A DNA stretch of 27,768 nt from Burkholderiaceae bacterium (GCA_036522975.1 DATDES010000166.1:1-27768); one strand, 5' to 3'. Positions 1 through 9,045 are shown, counted from the stretch's first letter. The notes: generated from the sequence alone by a model not told the origin. Made by a program: numbers and translations.

Positions 1-70
1 CGATGGCAGCTCTGCCGGCCTCGTCCTCGTCGTCGGCCCATGGATCAGATCGAAGCTTCCGGTCTGACAT
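1..70 (-). CDS. Possible 5' end of a gene running off the left edge (MSDRKLRSDPWADDEDEAGRAAI...), product unknown
   Basis: Open frame from ATG at 70 to the window edge; perfect TATAAT on the minus strand at 119-124; too short to assign. Confidence 0.3.
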   Translation of the reverse strand, partial: MSDRKLRSDPWADDEDEAGRAAI

Positions 71-118
71 GGTCGCTAACGCGGTCGATTTCACAAACTT
101 GCCCAACAAAGCCGCGAG

Positions 119-124
119 ATTATA
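119..124 (-). promoter_or_regulatory. Sigma70-type -10 box (TATAAT) pointing toward the left-edge gene
   Basis: ATTATA on + strand within ~70% GC DNA; no convincing -35. Confidence 0.4.
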
Positions 125-223
125 CGGGCATACCCGCGCCCTCCCGGTCACCCCGCGGCTTCGCCGCACAATCCCGCCGCTCAGGGCACTGAACCCGAGC
201 CCCCAAGACGACACCAAGCCAAG

Positions 224-2350
224 ATGCCGACATTGCGCTCCCTGCCATTGGTCCTTGCCCTCTGCACGTCGCCGTGCCTGGCCCAGGCCGCGACCGCCGT
301 GGTGACCACCGAGCAGGTCCACGCCGAGCTGGTGGCCCATGCGCCCGAGGGCATCGCGCCGGGCAAGCCGGTCTGGCTCGGCCTGCAGATCGAGCACCAG
401 CCGCATTGGCATACCTACTGGAAGAATCCGGGCGACTCGGGCCTGCCCACGACGCTGAGTTGGCAATTGCCTTCCAGCGTGGCAGCCGGCGACATCGACT
501 GGCCGACGCCGAAGAAGCTGCCGGTCGGACCCCTGGTCAATTACGGCTACGAGGGCAAGTTGCTGTTGCCGGTACCGTTGAGTGTGAGCCCCGCCTTCGA
601 CGCAAAGGTGCTCGACGTCAAGCTGTCGGCGCAATGGCTGGTCTGCAGGGAGGTGTGCATCCCTCAGCAGGGCGAGTTCGCGCTCAGTATCCCGGCGCAG
701 GCCAGCACCGCGGGCCATGCGGTGGCGTTTGGCACCGCACAGGCCGCCAAGCCGCAGCCCGCCACCGGGGCGCTGGCGCGCGCCGAGCTGGTCGACGGCG
801 CCAAGACCTTGCGCGTGACCGTGACTGGCCTGCCTGCCGCCCTGCGCGGCCGCGAGCTGGCCTTCTTCGCCGAAACCGCCGGTGTCATCGAGCATGCCGC
901 TCGCGTGCCCGCGCGCTGGGACGGCGACGCCTGGCAGGCGCAGGTGCCGGTCTCGATGCAGCGCTTCGAGAGTCCGGCGCAAATGCAGGCGGTGCTGGTC
1001 GCGCCGGGTGCCACCGCGGGCGTGCAGGTGAGCCTGGCGATCGCCGGCGCCTGGCCGGCATTGGCCGCCCCGGCACCGGCGCTTCAGGCCGAAGCACCTC
1101 TCGCGGCAGTACCCGCTGCGCCGGCGACACCCGCCCTCGGTTTCGGCCTGGCGCTGGCTTTTGCTCTCGTCGGCGGCGCGTTGCTGAACCTGATGCCCTG
1201 CGTGTTTCCGATCCTGTCCCTCAAGCTGCTCGGCTTCGCCGGGCATGTGCACCAACGCCGCGCCTTGCTCGCCGGCGGTCTGGCCTACAGCGCCGGGGTC
1301 GTGCTGACATTCGTCGCCCTCGCAGCATTGTTGCTGGCGCTGCGCGCGGGCGGCGAACAGATCGGTTGGGGCTTCCAGCTCCAGTCGCCGCTGTTCATCG
1401 CCGCGCTGGCCGTGCTGTTCACCTTGATCGCCCTGAACCTGGCCGGCCTGTTCGAATTCGGAACGCTGTTGCCGAGCGGTCTGGCCTCGATGCGTCTGCG
1501 CCACCCGCTGGCCGACTCAGCGCTGACCGGTGTGCTCGCGGTGGCCGTCGCCTCGCCCTGCACCGCGCCGTTCATGGGTGCCGCGTTGGGCCTCGCATTC
1601 ACGTTGCCGCCGGCGCAGGCCTTGAGCCTGTTCGCTGCGCTGGGCCTCGGCATGGCCCTGCCCTACCTGGGCGTCAGCGCTTGGCCCGGCCTGGCACGTG
1701 CGATGCCCAGGCCCGGCGCCTGGATGGCGACCTTCAAGACCGCGATGGCGTTTCCCATGCTGGCCACCGTGGTCTGGCTGGCTTGGATCCTCGGCCAACA
1801 GACCGGCATCGACGGCGTGGCGGCATTGCTGGCAGTCCTGGTCGCACTGGCGTTCGCGCTCTGGGCCTGGGGCCGCATCGAGAGCGGGCGTTTCGCGCGC
1901 ACCGCGTGGAGTACCACCGGCCTGGTCCTGCTCGGCACTGTTTTGGTCTGGGCCCTGCCAAGCTGGCGCGAGGCGCATGCGACCGAATCGAGCCCTGCGG
2001 TTGCCGACGCGCGCTGGCAGGCCTGGAGCCCCGCGCGCGTGGCCGCGCTGCATGCCGAGGGCCGCACGGTGTTCGTCGACTTCACTGCAGCGTGGTGCGT
2101 GACCTGCCAGGTCAACAAGCGCACCACCCTGGGCAACAGCGCCGTGCTGGCCGACTTCGACGCCCAGCGCGTGGCCTTGCTGCGCGCCGACTGGACGCGC
2201 CGCGACGCGGCGATCAGTGCCGAGCTGACGCGCCTTGGCCGCAACGGCGTGCCGGTATACGCTCTGTACCGGCCTGGGCAGGCGCTGCCGACCTTGCTGC
2301 CCGAACTGTTAAGCCCGCAAGCGCTGCGTGATGCGCTCGCTGCCCCTTGA
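224..2350 (+). CDS. dsbD: Thiol:disulfide interchange protein, DsbD/ScsB family (periplasmic N-domain, transmembrane domain, C-terminal thioredoxin)
   Basis: Signal peptide; WHTYWKNPGDSG and CREVC in the N-domain; TM cysteines in NLMPCVFP and ASPCTAPF; C-terminal DFTAAWCVTC. Confidence 0.9.
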   Translation: MPTLRSLPLVLALCTSPCLAQAATAVVTTEQVHAELVAHAPEGIAPGKPVWLGLQIEHQPHWHTYWKNPGDSGLPTTLSWQLPSSVAAGDIDWPTPKKLPVGPLVNYGYEGKLLLPVPLSVSPAFDAKVLDVKLSAQWLVCREVCIPQQGEFALSIPAQASTAGHAVAFGTAQAAKPQPATGALARAELVDGAKTLRVTVTGLPAALRGRELAFFAETAGVIEHAARVPARWDGDAWQAQVPVSMQRFESPAQMQAVLVAPGATAGVQVSLAIAGAWPALAAPAPALQAEAPLAAVPAAPATPALGFGLALAFALVGGALLNLMPCVFPILSLKLLGFAGHVHQRRALLAGGLAYSAGVVLTFVALAALLLALRAGGEQIGWGFQLQSPLFIAALAVLFTLIALNLAGLFEFGTLLPSGLASMRLRHPLADSALTGVLAVAVASPCTAPFMGAALGLAFTLPPAQALSLFAALGLGMALPYLGVSAWPGLARAMPRPGAWMATFKTAMAFPMLATVVWLAWILGQQTGIDGVAALLAVLVALAFALWAWGRIESGRFARTAWSTTGLVLLGTVLVWALPSWREAHATESSPAVADARWQAWSPARVAALHAEGRTVFVDFTAAWCVTCQVNKRTTLGNSAVLADFDAQRVALLRADWTRRDAAISAELTRLGRNGVPVYALYRPGQALPTLLPELLSPQALRDALAAP

Positions 2351-2381
2351 TGTGTCAATCGCAGCCAAAGGAGTCAACACC

Positions 2382-3002
2382 ATGAACCTGAATGCCCTCA
2401 CGCCCTTGATGTTCGGCCTGTCGCTGCTGGGGGGCGCGGCCCTGGCCGCCAGTACCGCCAGCGTGGGCCAGGCAGCGCCCGCCTTCAGCGTCAGCGACGC
2501 CAACGGCAAACCCGTATCGCTGGCCGACTTCAAAGGCAAAACGGTGGTCCTCGAATGGGTCAACCCGGAGTGCCCGTATGTGCGCAAGCATTACGACAGC
2601 GCCAACATGCAGGCGACCCAGAAGGCGGCCACGACCCAAGGTGTGGTCTGGTTGTCGGTGAACTCGACCCACGCCAGCCACTACGATTTCAAGAAGCCGG
2701 CCGAGATGCAGGCCTGGACGCAGAAGCAAGGCGCCGCGCCGACCGCCACGCTGATGGACGGCGATGGCAAGATCGGCCGCGCCTACGGTGCACGGACCAC
2801 GCCGCACATGTACGTCATCGATGCCCGAGGCACCCTGGTCTATGCCGGCGGCATCGACGACAAGCCGAGTTCCAACCCGGGCGATGTGAAGACGGCGAAG
2901 AACCTGGTCACGGCGGCACTGACCGATGTGCTGGCCGGCAAGGCCGTCGCGCAGCCTGTGACACGACCATACGGCTGCTCGGTCAAGTATTCGGGTAGTT
3001 GA
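2382..3002 (+). CDS. Exported redoxin (AhpC/TSA, thioredoxin-fold), likely DsbD partner
   Basis: AAGGAG RBS at 2368-2373 before ATG 2382; signal peptide; GKTVVLEWVNPECPYV, GARTTPHMYVID and C-terminal YGCSVKY. Confidence 0.85.
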   Translation: MNLNALTPLMFGLSLLGGAALAASTASVGQAAPAFSVSDANGKPVSLADFKGKTVVLEWVNPECPYVRKHYDSANMQATQKAATTQGVVWLSVNSTHASHYDFKKPAEMQAWTQKQGAAPTATLMDGDGKIGRAYGARTTPHMYVIDARGTLVYAGGIDDKPSSNPGDVKTAKNLVTAALTDVLAGKAVAQPVTRPYGCSVKYSGS

Positions 3003-3088
3003 CCCACCCCCGAAGCGGCTTCGCCGCGCCCCCTCAAGGGGGCAACGCCAGTGGCCCGGCAGAGCCGGTTCCACGGCGCTCGCTGGGA
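3000..3088. repeat. Multi-hairpin palindromic intergenic element (copy 1) between convergent redoxin and glpD
   Basis: TGAC..ACCCCC start, GCGGC-TTC-GCCGC (3015-3027), GCCCCC-TCAA-GGGGGC (3028-3043), long imperfect stem 3046-3078; same layout as 9872-9957. Confidence 0.7.
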
Positions 3089-3098
3089 AATGCTGTCT

Positions 3099-4706
3099 CT
3101 ACGGCAGTTGTTGGTATTGGGTCGCCAAAGTCTCGAACGACACGCGAGAAGCCTCGGCATCGAAGCCCGCGCCGAGTTCATCGGCCAGGATCGCGGCCAC
3201 GGGCGTGGCCTGGCGCGCGGCTTCGGCGGCGTCGAGAAAGAGCAGGCGTGACCGTCGGGCCAGTACGTCCTCGACGCTGAACGCCATCTCCTGGCGCGCG
3301 GCGAACCGCACCATCGCCTCGCTCAGGCCGCCCTGCCCTGATTCCGCATCGCGCCACAGCCAGCGGCTCGCGCCGGGCAGGCTGCGCACGACGGCGGCCT
3401 CGTCGCCATACAGGTGTTCTCCCGGCGCAGTCGTGATCGAGACGCTGGCTCTCGCGGGCGCCCCCACGAGCGGCAGATGCACCGTGACGCCGCCGGCGCG
3501 GCGCGGCAGCAGGCGACGGTCGAAGCAGCGCTCGAGCACGTCTTCGGCCATCGCGCGGTAGGTGGTCCACTTGCCGCCGGTGACGGTGACCAGGCCCGAA
3601 CGGCCGACCAGCACGGTGTGCTCGCGCGAGATCTGTTTGGTGTCCTCGCTGTCGTCGCCGCTCGGCTTCACCAGCGGACGCAGGCCGACCCACACCGAGC
3701 GCACATCGGCGCGCGTCGGCGACTTCGACAGGTAGCGCGCCGACTCGCGCAGGATGAACTGCACCTCCTCGGCGAACGGTGTCGGCTCGAACACGACGTC
3801 GTCGCGCGGCGTGTCGGTGGTGCCCAGGATTGTCTTGCCCAGCCACGGCACGGCGAAGAGCACGCGGCCGTCCTCGGTCTTTGGCACCAACAGCGCATGC
3901 GAACCGGGCATGAATGCCCGGTCGACCACCAGGTGCACCCCCTGGCTCGGCGCGACGATGCCGGGCTTTGCGGGCGCACCGGCCTCGCGGTCCATGTTAC
4001 GCAGGTCGTCGACCCAGACCCCGGTGGCATTGATCACGCACCGGGCGGCAATGCGCAGCCCGGCACCCCCGATCGCGTCCTGTGCGACAACGCCTGTGAC
4101 CTTGCCGCCGTCGCGCCGCAGCGCGGTGACCGGGCAGTGGTTGAGCACGACGGCGCCCCTGGCCGCCGCAGTGCGGGCCAGGGCCAGGGCTAGGCGCGCG
4201 TCGTCGAACTGGCCGTCCCAGTACTTCACGCCGCCCGACAAGCCGCGGGCCTGCACTGTCGGCAGCAGTTCCCTGGTGCGGGTAGCCGAGAGGAACTCAG
4301 TCGCGCCGAGGCCGCGCGACCCGGCCAGCGCGTCATACATCTTCAGGCCGACGCCGTAGAACGGCGCTTCCCAGAAATGGTAGGCCGGCATCACGAAGGC
4401 CAGCGGCTGCGCCAGGTGCGGCGCGTTGGCTAGCAGGGTGGCACGCTCGTGCAAGGCCTCCCGTACCAGCGACACATTGCCCTGCGCCAGGTAGCGCACC
4501 CCGCCATGCACCAGTTTCGTCGCGCGCGAGCTGGTGCCTTTGGCGAAATCGTCGGCCTCGAGCAGCACGACCGAGAAACCGCGCGCCGCCGCGTCGAGCG
4601 CGACGCCGCAGCCAGTGGCGCCGCCACCGATCACGGCGAGGTCGAACCCGCCCGCGTCCTGCGCCGCCACGAGCGCCTCCGCGCGCGCCGATGCAGCGAG
4701 CGTCAT
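3099..4706 (-). CDS. glpD: FAD-dependent glycerol-3-phosphate dehydrogenase/oxidase
   Basis: DLAVIGGGATG FAD motif, GTSSRATKLVHGGVRYL, DGQFDDARL, WVGLRPL, ISREH, GGKWTTYR. Confidence 0.92.
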   Translation of the reverse strand: MTLAASARAEALVAAQDAGGFDLAVIGGGATGCGVALDAAARGFSVVLLEADDFAKGTSSRATKLVHGGVRYLAQGNVSLVREALHERATLLANAPHLAQPLAFVMPAYHFWEAPFYGVGLKMYDALAGSRGLGATEFLSATRTRELLPTVQARGLSGGVKYWDGQFDDARLALALARTAAARGAVVLNHCPVTALRRDGGKVTGVVAQDAIGGAGLRIAARCVINATGVWVDDLRNMDREAGAPAKPGIVAPSQGVHLVVDRAFMPGSHALLVPKTEDGRVLFAVPWLGKTILGTTDTPRDDVVFEPTPFAEEVQFILRESARYLSKSPTRADVRSVWVGLRPLVKPSGDDSEDTKQISREHTVLVGRSGLVTVTGGKWTTYRAMAEDVLERCFDRRLLPRRAGGVTVHLPLVGAPARASVSITTAPGEHLYGDEAAVVRSLPGASRWLWRDAESGQGGLSEAMVRFAARQEMAFSVEDVLARRSRLLFLDAAEAARQATPVAAILADELGAGFDAEASRVSFETLATQYQQLP

Positions 4707-5269
4707 GTTGTCACCTCCTCGCCCGCCAACAGGGCGAGCTTGTTCATCGTCGCCCAGTTGCGCGTCGTGGCCTGCTCACCAACCACCTTGGCGAACGCCT
4801 GGCTGACGGGGCTGTCGAGCACACCGCTCGCGCACCACAGGTAGGCCGCGTGCGGGACCAGGGCCAGGCCGTCGGGCGCCCAGTCACGCGCACTCAGGTG
4901 TTCGAGCACCCGCCTGTCGAGGCTGGGTGCGAGGATCGCCAGCATCAGCCTGGCGTCATCGTCGGCCAGCGCCCGCAGCGGGTGCGCGGCCAAGAGTTCG
5001 GCCAGGGTGTCGGCGGCCAGCACGAAGACCCGCGCATGGATGCCGAGCTTCTTGTGCAGGGCGGCCTCGATCGCCGACGCCAGGGCTGCCGCTGTGGCAC
5101 GCGGGAGCGCACCGAACACTGCATTGCCGCTGTTGAGCAGGGTCCGCACGTCGGTGTAGCCCAGGCTCTCGAGCAGGCTTCGCAGGTCGGCCATCGCGAT
5201 GCGCTTGGCGCGGCCGACATTGACGCCGCGCAGCAGCGCGATCCAGGTCGGGCGCGGACGACGGGCCAT
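4703..5269 (-). CDS. DUF1697 family protein
   Basis: IALLRGVNVG...MADLR..LESLGYTDVRTLLNSGNAVF signature; ATGA overlap with glpD. Confidence 0.85.
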   Translation of the reverse strand: MARRPRPTWIALLRGVNVGRAKRIAMADLRSLLESLGYTDVRTLLNSGNAVFGALPRATAAALASAIEAALHKKLGIHARVFVLAADTLAELLAAHPLRALADDDARLMLAILAPSLDRRVLEHLSARDWAPDGLALVPHAAYLWCASGVLDSPVSQAFAKVVGEQATTRNWATMNKLALLAGEEVTT

Positions 5270-5281
5270 CGGTGCAGGGCC

Positions 5282-6064
5282 TCAGCTGATCACCGACTGC
5301 TGTGCAATGCCACCGTCGACCAGCACATGCTGGCCCGTCATGCCGTCGCTGTCGTCGGCGGCCAGGAAGAGCGTGGCGCGCGCGACATGGCTCGGGTCGA
5401 GCCTGATCTTCAGGCATTGCGCGTCGAGGAACTCCTTGTCCGCCGCCGGGTCGCGGTGCAAGGTGGTCTGGCGGTCGGTGACGATGGCGCCAGGCACCAG
5501 CGCATTGACGCGGATGTTGCGGGCACCGAGTTCGCGCGCCAGGGTACGCGTCAGGCCGAGGATGCCGGCCTTGGCTGTCGTGTAGCCGACCAGGTTGGGC
5601 CGGCCACGCATCCAGCTCACCGAGCCCATGTTGATCACGCTGCCGCCGCCGGCCTTCGCCATGCCGGGCGTGACGGCCTGGATGGCGAAGAAGTAGTGCT
5701 TCAGGTTGAGCGCGAGGCGGTCGTCCCAGAACGCACTCGTCACCTCTTCCATCTTGTGGCGGTCATCGCGGCCGGCGTTGTTGACGAGCACGCGCACCGG
5801 CCCGAGCTCGCTCTCGACGCGGCCGAGCAAGGCCTGGTAGGCGGTCACGTCGCGCACGTCGCAGGCGCCGTACCAGGGCACCGGGCCGCCGGCCGCGAGC
5901 ACCTCGTCGATCAGGGCATTGCCGCCTTCGGGCTTGGTTCCGCAGAACGCAACCTTCGCGCCCTGTGCCGCGAACGCGCGCACGAGTTCGGCGCCGATGC
6001 CCGAACTGCCGCCGGAGACGAAGACCACACGGTCCGTCAGCGACGCGTAGCGGGTGTAGCTCAT
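5282..6064 (-). CDS. sedA: SDR oxidoreductase, probable sulfoquinovose 1-dehydrogenase
   Basis: SGGSSGIG, NNAGRDDRH, YTTAK; the INMGSVSWMRGRP and LVPGAIxTxRQ segments match my recollection of Pseudomonas putida SQ1 SQ dehydrogenase rather than Caulobacter XylB (SWHLGL); cluster context. Confidence 0.75.
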   Translation of the reverse strand: MSYTRYASLTDRVVFVSGGSSGIGAELVRAFAAQGAKVAFCGTKPEGGNALIDEVLAAGGPVPWYGACDVRDVTAYQALLGRVESELGPVRVLVNNAGRDDRHKMEEVTSAFWDDRLALNLKHYFFAIQAVTPGMAKAGGGSVINMGSVSWMRGRPNLVGYTTAKAGILGLTRTLARELGARNIRVNALVPGAIVTDRQTTLHRDPAADKEFLDAQCLKIRLDPSHVARATLFLAADDSDGMTGQHVLVDGGIAQQSVIS

Positions 6065-6075
6065 GACGGGGCTCC

Positions 6076-6978
6076 CTACAGTTGGGCGATGTGGGCCGGC
6101 AGCCCCGCCACATCGACCCGCAGTTGCAGCACGCGGCCGGCAAGCGGCTCGCGCGCCAATTCGTCGGCCGGGCGCTTCTCGCGCGCGGTCGTGATGTACA
6201 GGGTCTTGAGGTCGGGGCCGCCGAAGCAGGGCATCGTCGGGCAGCGCACCGGCAGCGGTATCTCGCGGCTGAGCGTGCCGTCGGCGCTGAAGCGTAGCAC
6301 GCGCGCGCCCTCGAACATCGCCACCCAGTAGCCACCCTCGACATCGACGGCAGCGCCGTCGGGGCGGCCGCCATAGCGGGCGAGATCCTGCGCCGGGGTC
6401 TTGGGTGGAAACTGCAGGAATGCGCGGCGACGCGACAGGCTGCCGTCGCCGACGTCGAAGTCCAGCGCGTCGACGCGGTGGGCCTTGGTGTCAGCCCAGT
6501 ACATCGTGCGCGCATCGGGGCTCCAGGCCAGGCCGTTGCTGACCGTGATGTCGCCGGCCATCTTGTCGAGCCGGCCCGCGCCGAAGCGGTAGAGCGCGGC
6601 ACGCGGCGGATCGCGCGGCTCGTAGATCGTCCCGACCCAGAAGCGACCCTTCGGGTCGGCCTTGCCGTCGTTGAAGCGCTCATGCGCCGGGTCGTAGGGT
6701 GCCTCGGCAAGGGGGTACGACTTGCCGGACCCGGGGTCGAAGCGCACGAGCCCGTCACGCAGGGCCAGCAGCAGACCACCGTCGTTCAGCGGTGCGCAAC
6801 TGCCAACGTCGGTGTCGAAGGACCACTCGCGGTGCGTGCCGCTGGCCGGATCGAAGCGGTTCAGTGTGTGGCCCGGGATGTCGCACCAGTAGAGCAACTG
6901 CTCGCCCGGGTGCCACAGCGGCGACTCGCCGAGCAGGCTGGGTGGAACGCCAGGCAAGGATTCGATTCGCGCGCTCAC
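6076..6978 (-). CDS. sedB: SMP-30/gluconolactonase family, probable 6-deoxy-6-sulfogluconolactonase
   Basis: LGESPLWH, RFNDGKADPKGRFWVG, SNGLAWSPD, PDGAAVD, PTMPCFGG; GTG start at 6978 overlaps the epimerase TGA (GTGA). Family is certain, substrate is from context. Confidence 0.75.
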   Translation of the reverse strand: MSARIESLPGVPPSLLGESPLWHPGEQLLYWCDIPGHTLNRFDPASGTHREWSFDTDVGSCAPLNDGGLLLALRDGLVRFDPGSGKSYPLAEAPYDPAHERFNDGKADPKGRFWVGTIYEPRDPPRAALYRFGAGRLDKMAGDITVSNGLAWSPDARTMYWADTKAHRVDALDFDVGDGSLSRRRAFLQFPPKTPAQDLARYGGRPDGAAVDVEGGYWVAMFEGARVLRFSADGTLSREIPLPVRCPTMPCFGGPDLKTLYITTAREKRPADELAREPLAGRVLQLRVDVAGLPAHIAQL

Positions 6979-7844
6979 GCTTTGGCGATGTCGATCGTCA
7001 TCCAGGCTTCGAGCGTCTCGCCTGCGGGCAGGCCGACCAAGCCATGCGCGGCCGGGTCGGCCATCTGGATCGCATTGCTGACATGGCTGACCGGCTCGAC
7101 GCAGAAGTAGTCGCGCGACGGCGGCGTGAAGACCACCAGGTAGGGCAGCGATGACGTGAGCTTGAGGGCCAGCTTCTCGTCGCGCAGGTTGGCCGCGCCG
7201 CGCCAGCCTTCGAAGCAGTTGTCGAAGTCGAGGTGGCGCACCTCGCCGTCGATGCTGCCCTGCTGGACACGCCGGGTGGGCAGTTGCGTGCCCGGGTCGG
7301 ATTCCCATCGCTGCGTGCACTCGATGTGCAGGCGGCTGCGAGAGCGCTTCGGGAAATACGGGTGCCAGCCCAGGCCCACCGGCTGGGTGCGCGCGTCGAT
7401 ATTGGTCACCGACAGGCGCAGTGTCAGCGCCTGGTCGCTCAGCTCGATGCTCTGGGTTGCGTCGAAGTTGAAGGGCCAGTGCTCGTTGGCCAGGTGCGTG
7501 GTGGCCAGCTCGGCCTGGGTGGCATTGCTGCCGGCGACGCGCCAGGGGGTCTGCCACACCGTGCCGTGCAGCGAGTGCGGGTTGCCGGCATCGAAGTTCG
7601 GCGCGGTCGTGTGGTCACGGCCGAGCCAGCGGAAATGGCGATAACCGATGCGATTCGAATAGGGCGCCAGCGGGAAGCAGGCCGACGGCCGCGAGGCCAG
7701 CAGTTCGGCCGGCTCGCAGCTGCGCAGGATCGGTGTCGTGTCGTGCCAGAAACCGGCGATGGCGCCGCCCAGGTCGGGGCGCAAGGCCAGGCGCAGCGCG
7801 CCGGCACGAAGTTCGATGGCTGGGGTGCTAGGGACTGCGGTCAT
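6975..7844 (-). CDS. Aldose 1-epimerase family, probable SQ mutarotase
   Basis: FPLAPYSNRI, HSLHG, GLGWHPYF, YFCVEPVSH; GGAG RBS before ATG 7844. Confidence 0.8.
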   Translation of the reverse strand: MTAVPSTPAIELRAGALRLALRPDLGGAIAGFWHDTTPILRSCEPAELLASRPSACFPLAPYSNRIGYRHFRWLGRDHTTAPNFDAGNPHSLHGTVWQTPWRVAGSNATQAELATTHLANEHWPFNFDATQSIELSDQALTLRLSVTNIDARTQPVGLGWHPYFPKRSRSRLHIECTQRWESDPGTQLPTRRVQQGSIDGEVRHLDFDNCFEGWRGAANLRDEKLALKLTSSLPYLVVFTPPSRDYFCVEPVSHVSNAIQMADPAAHGLVGLPAGETLEAWMTIDIAKA

Positions 7845-7913
7845 GGGGCTCCGGGGCGGGTTCGTTGGCGCGCCGGCGATCGCGCGCGTGCGCATCGTAA
7901 GCGCTGCAGCGCC

Positions 7914-9038
7914 TCACCAACAGGCCGGCAGGACTTCGGCAAGCGCCACCACGCGGCCTTCGTCGATGCTCCTGTGCGCAGCCAGGCCAGTGGCCACCGC
8001 CCGCAGGCCCTCGTCGAGCGGTATTTCCGCCGGCAGGCCGTTGCGCAGCGCGTGCGCGAACTTCTGGTGTTCGATGTAGCTCGCGCCGAAGTGCTGGCCC
8101 AGGTACTTGATGTTGGTGTCGCGGATCTGGCGCACGGCGACGCCCTTGGCGGTGCCGGACGGCTGGCCCCAGACCTCGCGCCGGCCCCAGTCCTCGCGGC
8201 GCCCGTAGCGCAACACGCCAGAGGGCAGCAGCGACTCGAGCTTGCCTTCGGCGCCGACGATGGTGACGTGCTCGTTGTCGACCGAGTTCTCCGCGAACAT
8301 GCACAAGTCCAGGCTCGCACGGGCTCCGCTGGGGTACTCGACGATCACGTAGGCACTGTCGAGGATGTCGGGCACTGTTTGACCATCGGGGCCGTCGTAG
8401 CTTTCGTCGAGGTGGTTGACGCGCTGGCCACCCGAGGCGAACACCCGCGCGGGCTTCTCCTTCAGGATGAAGTCCATCAGGTTGAAGTAGTGGCAGCACT
8501 TTTCGACCAGAGTGCCGCCGGTATTGGCATTGAAGCGGTTCCAGTCGCCGACCTTCGGGTAGAAGGGCTCACGGTGCTCGCGGATCGCCACCTGGTGCAG
8601 GCGGCCGACGCCGCCCTCGTGGGCGATGCGGATCATCTCGGCCACCGGCGGCATGTAGCGGTATTCCTGCGCCACCCAGACGATGCCCTTGCGACCTTTG
8701 GCGCGCTCGATCATCTCGACGCCGTCGGCCACGCGCGTGACAAGCGGCTTTTCGCACAGGATGTGCAGGTCGGTCGCCAGCGCGTCGCGCATCACCTCGA
8801 TGTGGGTGAAGTTCGGACTGGCGATCACGAGCGCGTCGCACAGGCCGCTCTTCAGCAGGTCCCTGTGGTTTTCAAAGAGCTGGGCCTTGCCGTCGAGCAG
8901 CGCCGCGGCAGCGTCCCGGCTGGGCAGCGCCGGGTCGGCGATCGCGGTGACCTTGGCACCACCCAAGGCGCGCAGGTTCTCGATGTGCTCGCGGCCCATG
9001 CTGCCGCAGCCGATGATGCCGTAACGAAGCTTGTTCAT
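7914..9038 (-). CDS. sqgA: Gfo/Idh/MocA-fold protein, probable NAD+-dependent sulfoquinovosidase (GH188)
   Basis: GIIGCGSMG and CEKPL; EYRYMPP, IREHREPFYPKV, WNRFNANTGGTLVEKCCH, LDLCMFAE and KYLGQHFGASY match recalled GH188 and plant homologues; located in an SQ cluster lacking a GH31 gene. Confidence 0.8.
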   Translation of the reverse strand: MNKLRYGIIGCGSMGREHIENLRALGGAKVTAIADPALPSRDAAAALLDGKAQLFENHRDLLKSGLCDALVIASPNFTHIEVMRDALATDLHILCEKPLVTRVADGVEMIERAKGRKGIVWVAQEYRYMPPVAEMIRIAHEGGVGRLHQVAIREHREPFYPKVGDWNRFNANTGGTLVEKCCHYFNLMDFILKEKPARVFASGGQRVNHLDESYDGPDGQTVPDILDSAYVIVEYPSGARASLDLCMFAENSVDNEHVTIVGAEGKLESLLPSGVLRYGRREDWGRREVWGQPSGTAKGVAVRQIRDTNIKYLGQHFGASYIEHQKFAHALRNGLPAEIPLDEGLRAVATGLAAHRSIDEGRVVALAEVLPACW

Positions 9039-9045
9039 GCGGGTC

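Noticed and set aside
274-2331. 685-aa alternative-frame ORF over dsbD
   Set aside because: Arg/Gly/Ala-rich shadow ORF typical of high-GC DNA, with no domain motifs
3099-4706. GlpD repurposed to oxidise DHPS, the sulfonate analogue of glycerol-3-phosphate
   Set aside because: The usual GlpD phosphate-binding motifs (GGVRY, LRPL, ISRE, GGK) are intact, and no DHPS-forming enzyme is in the window
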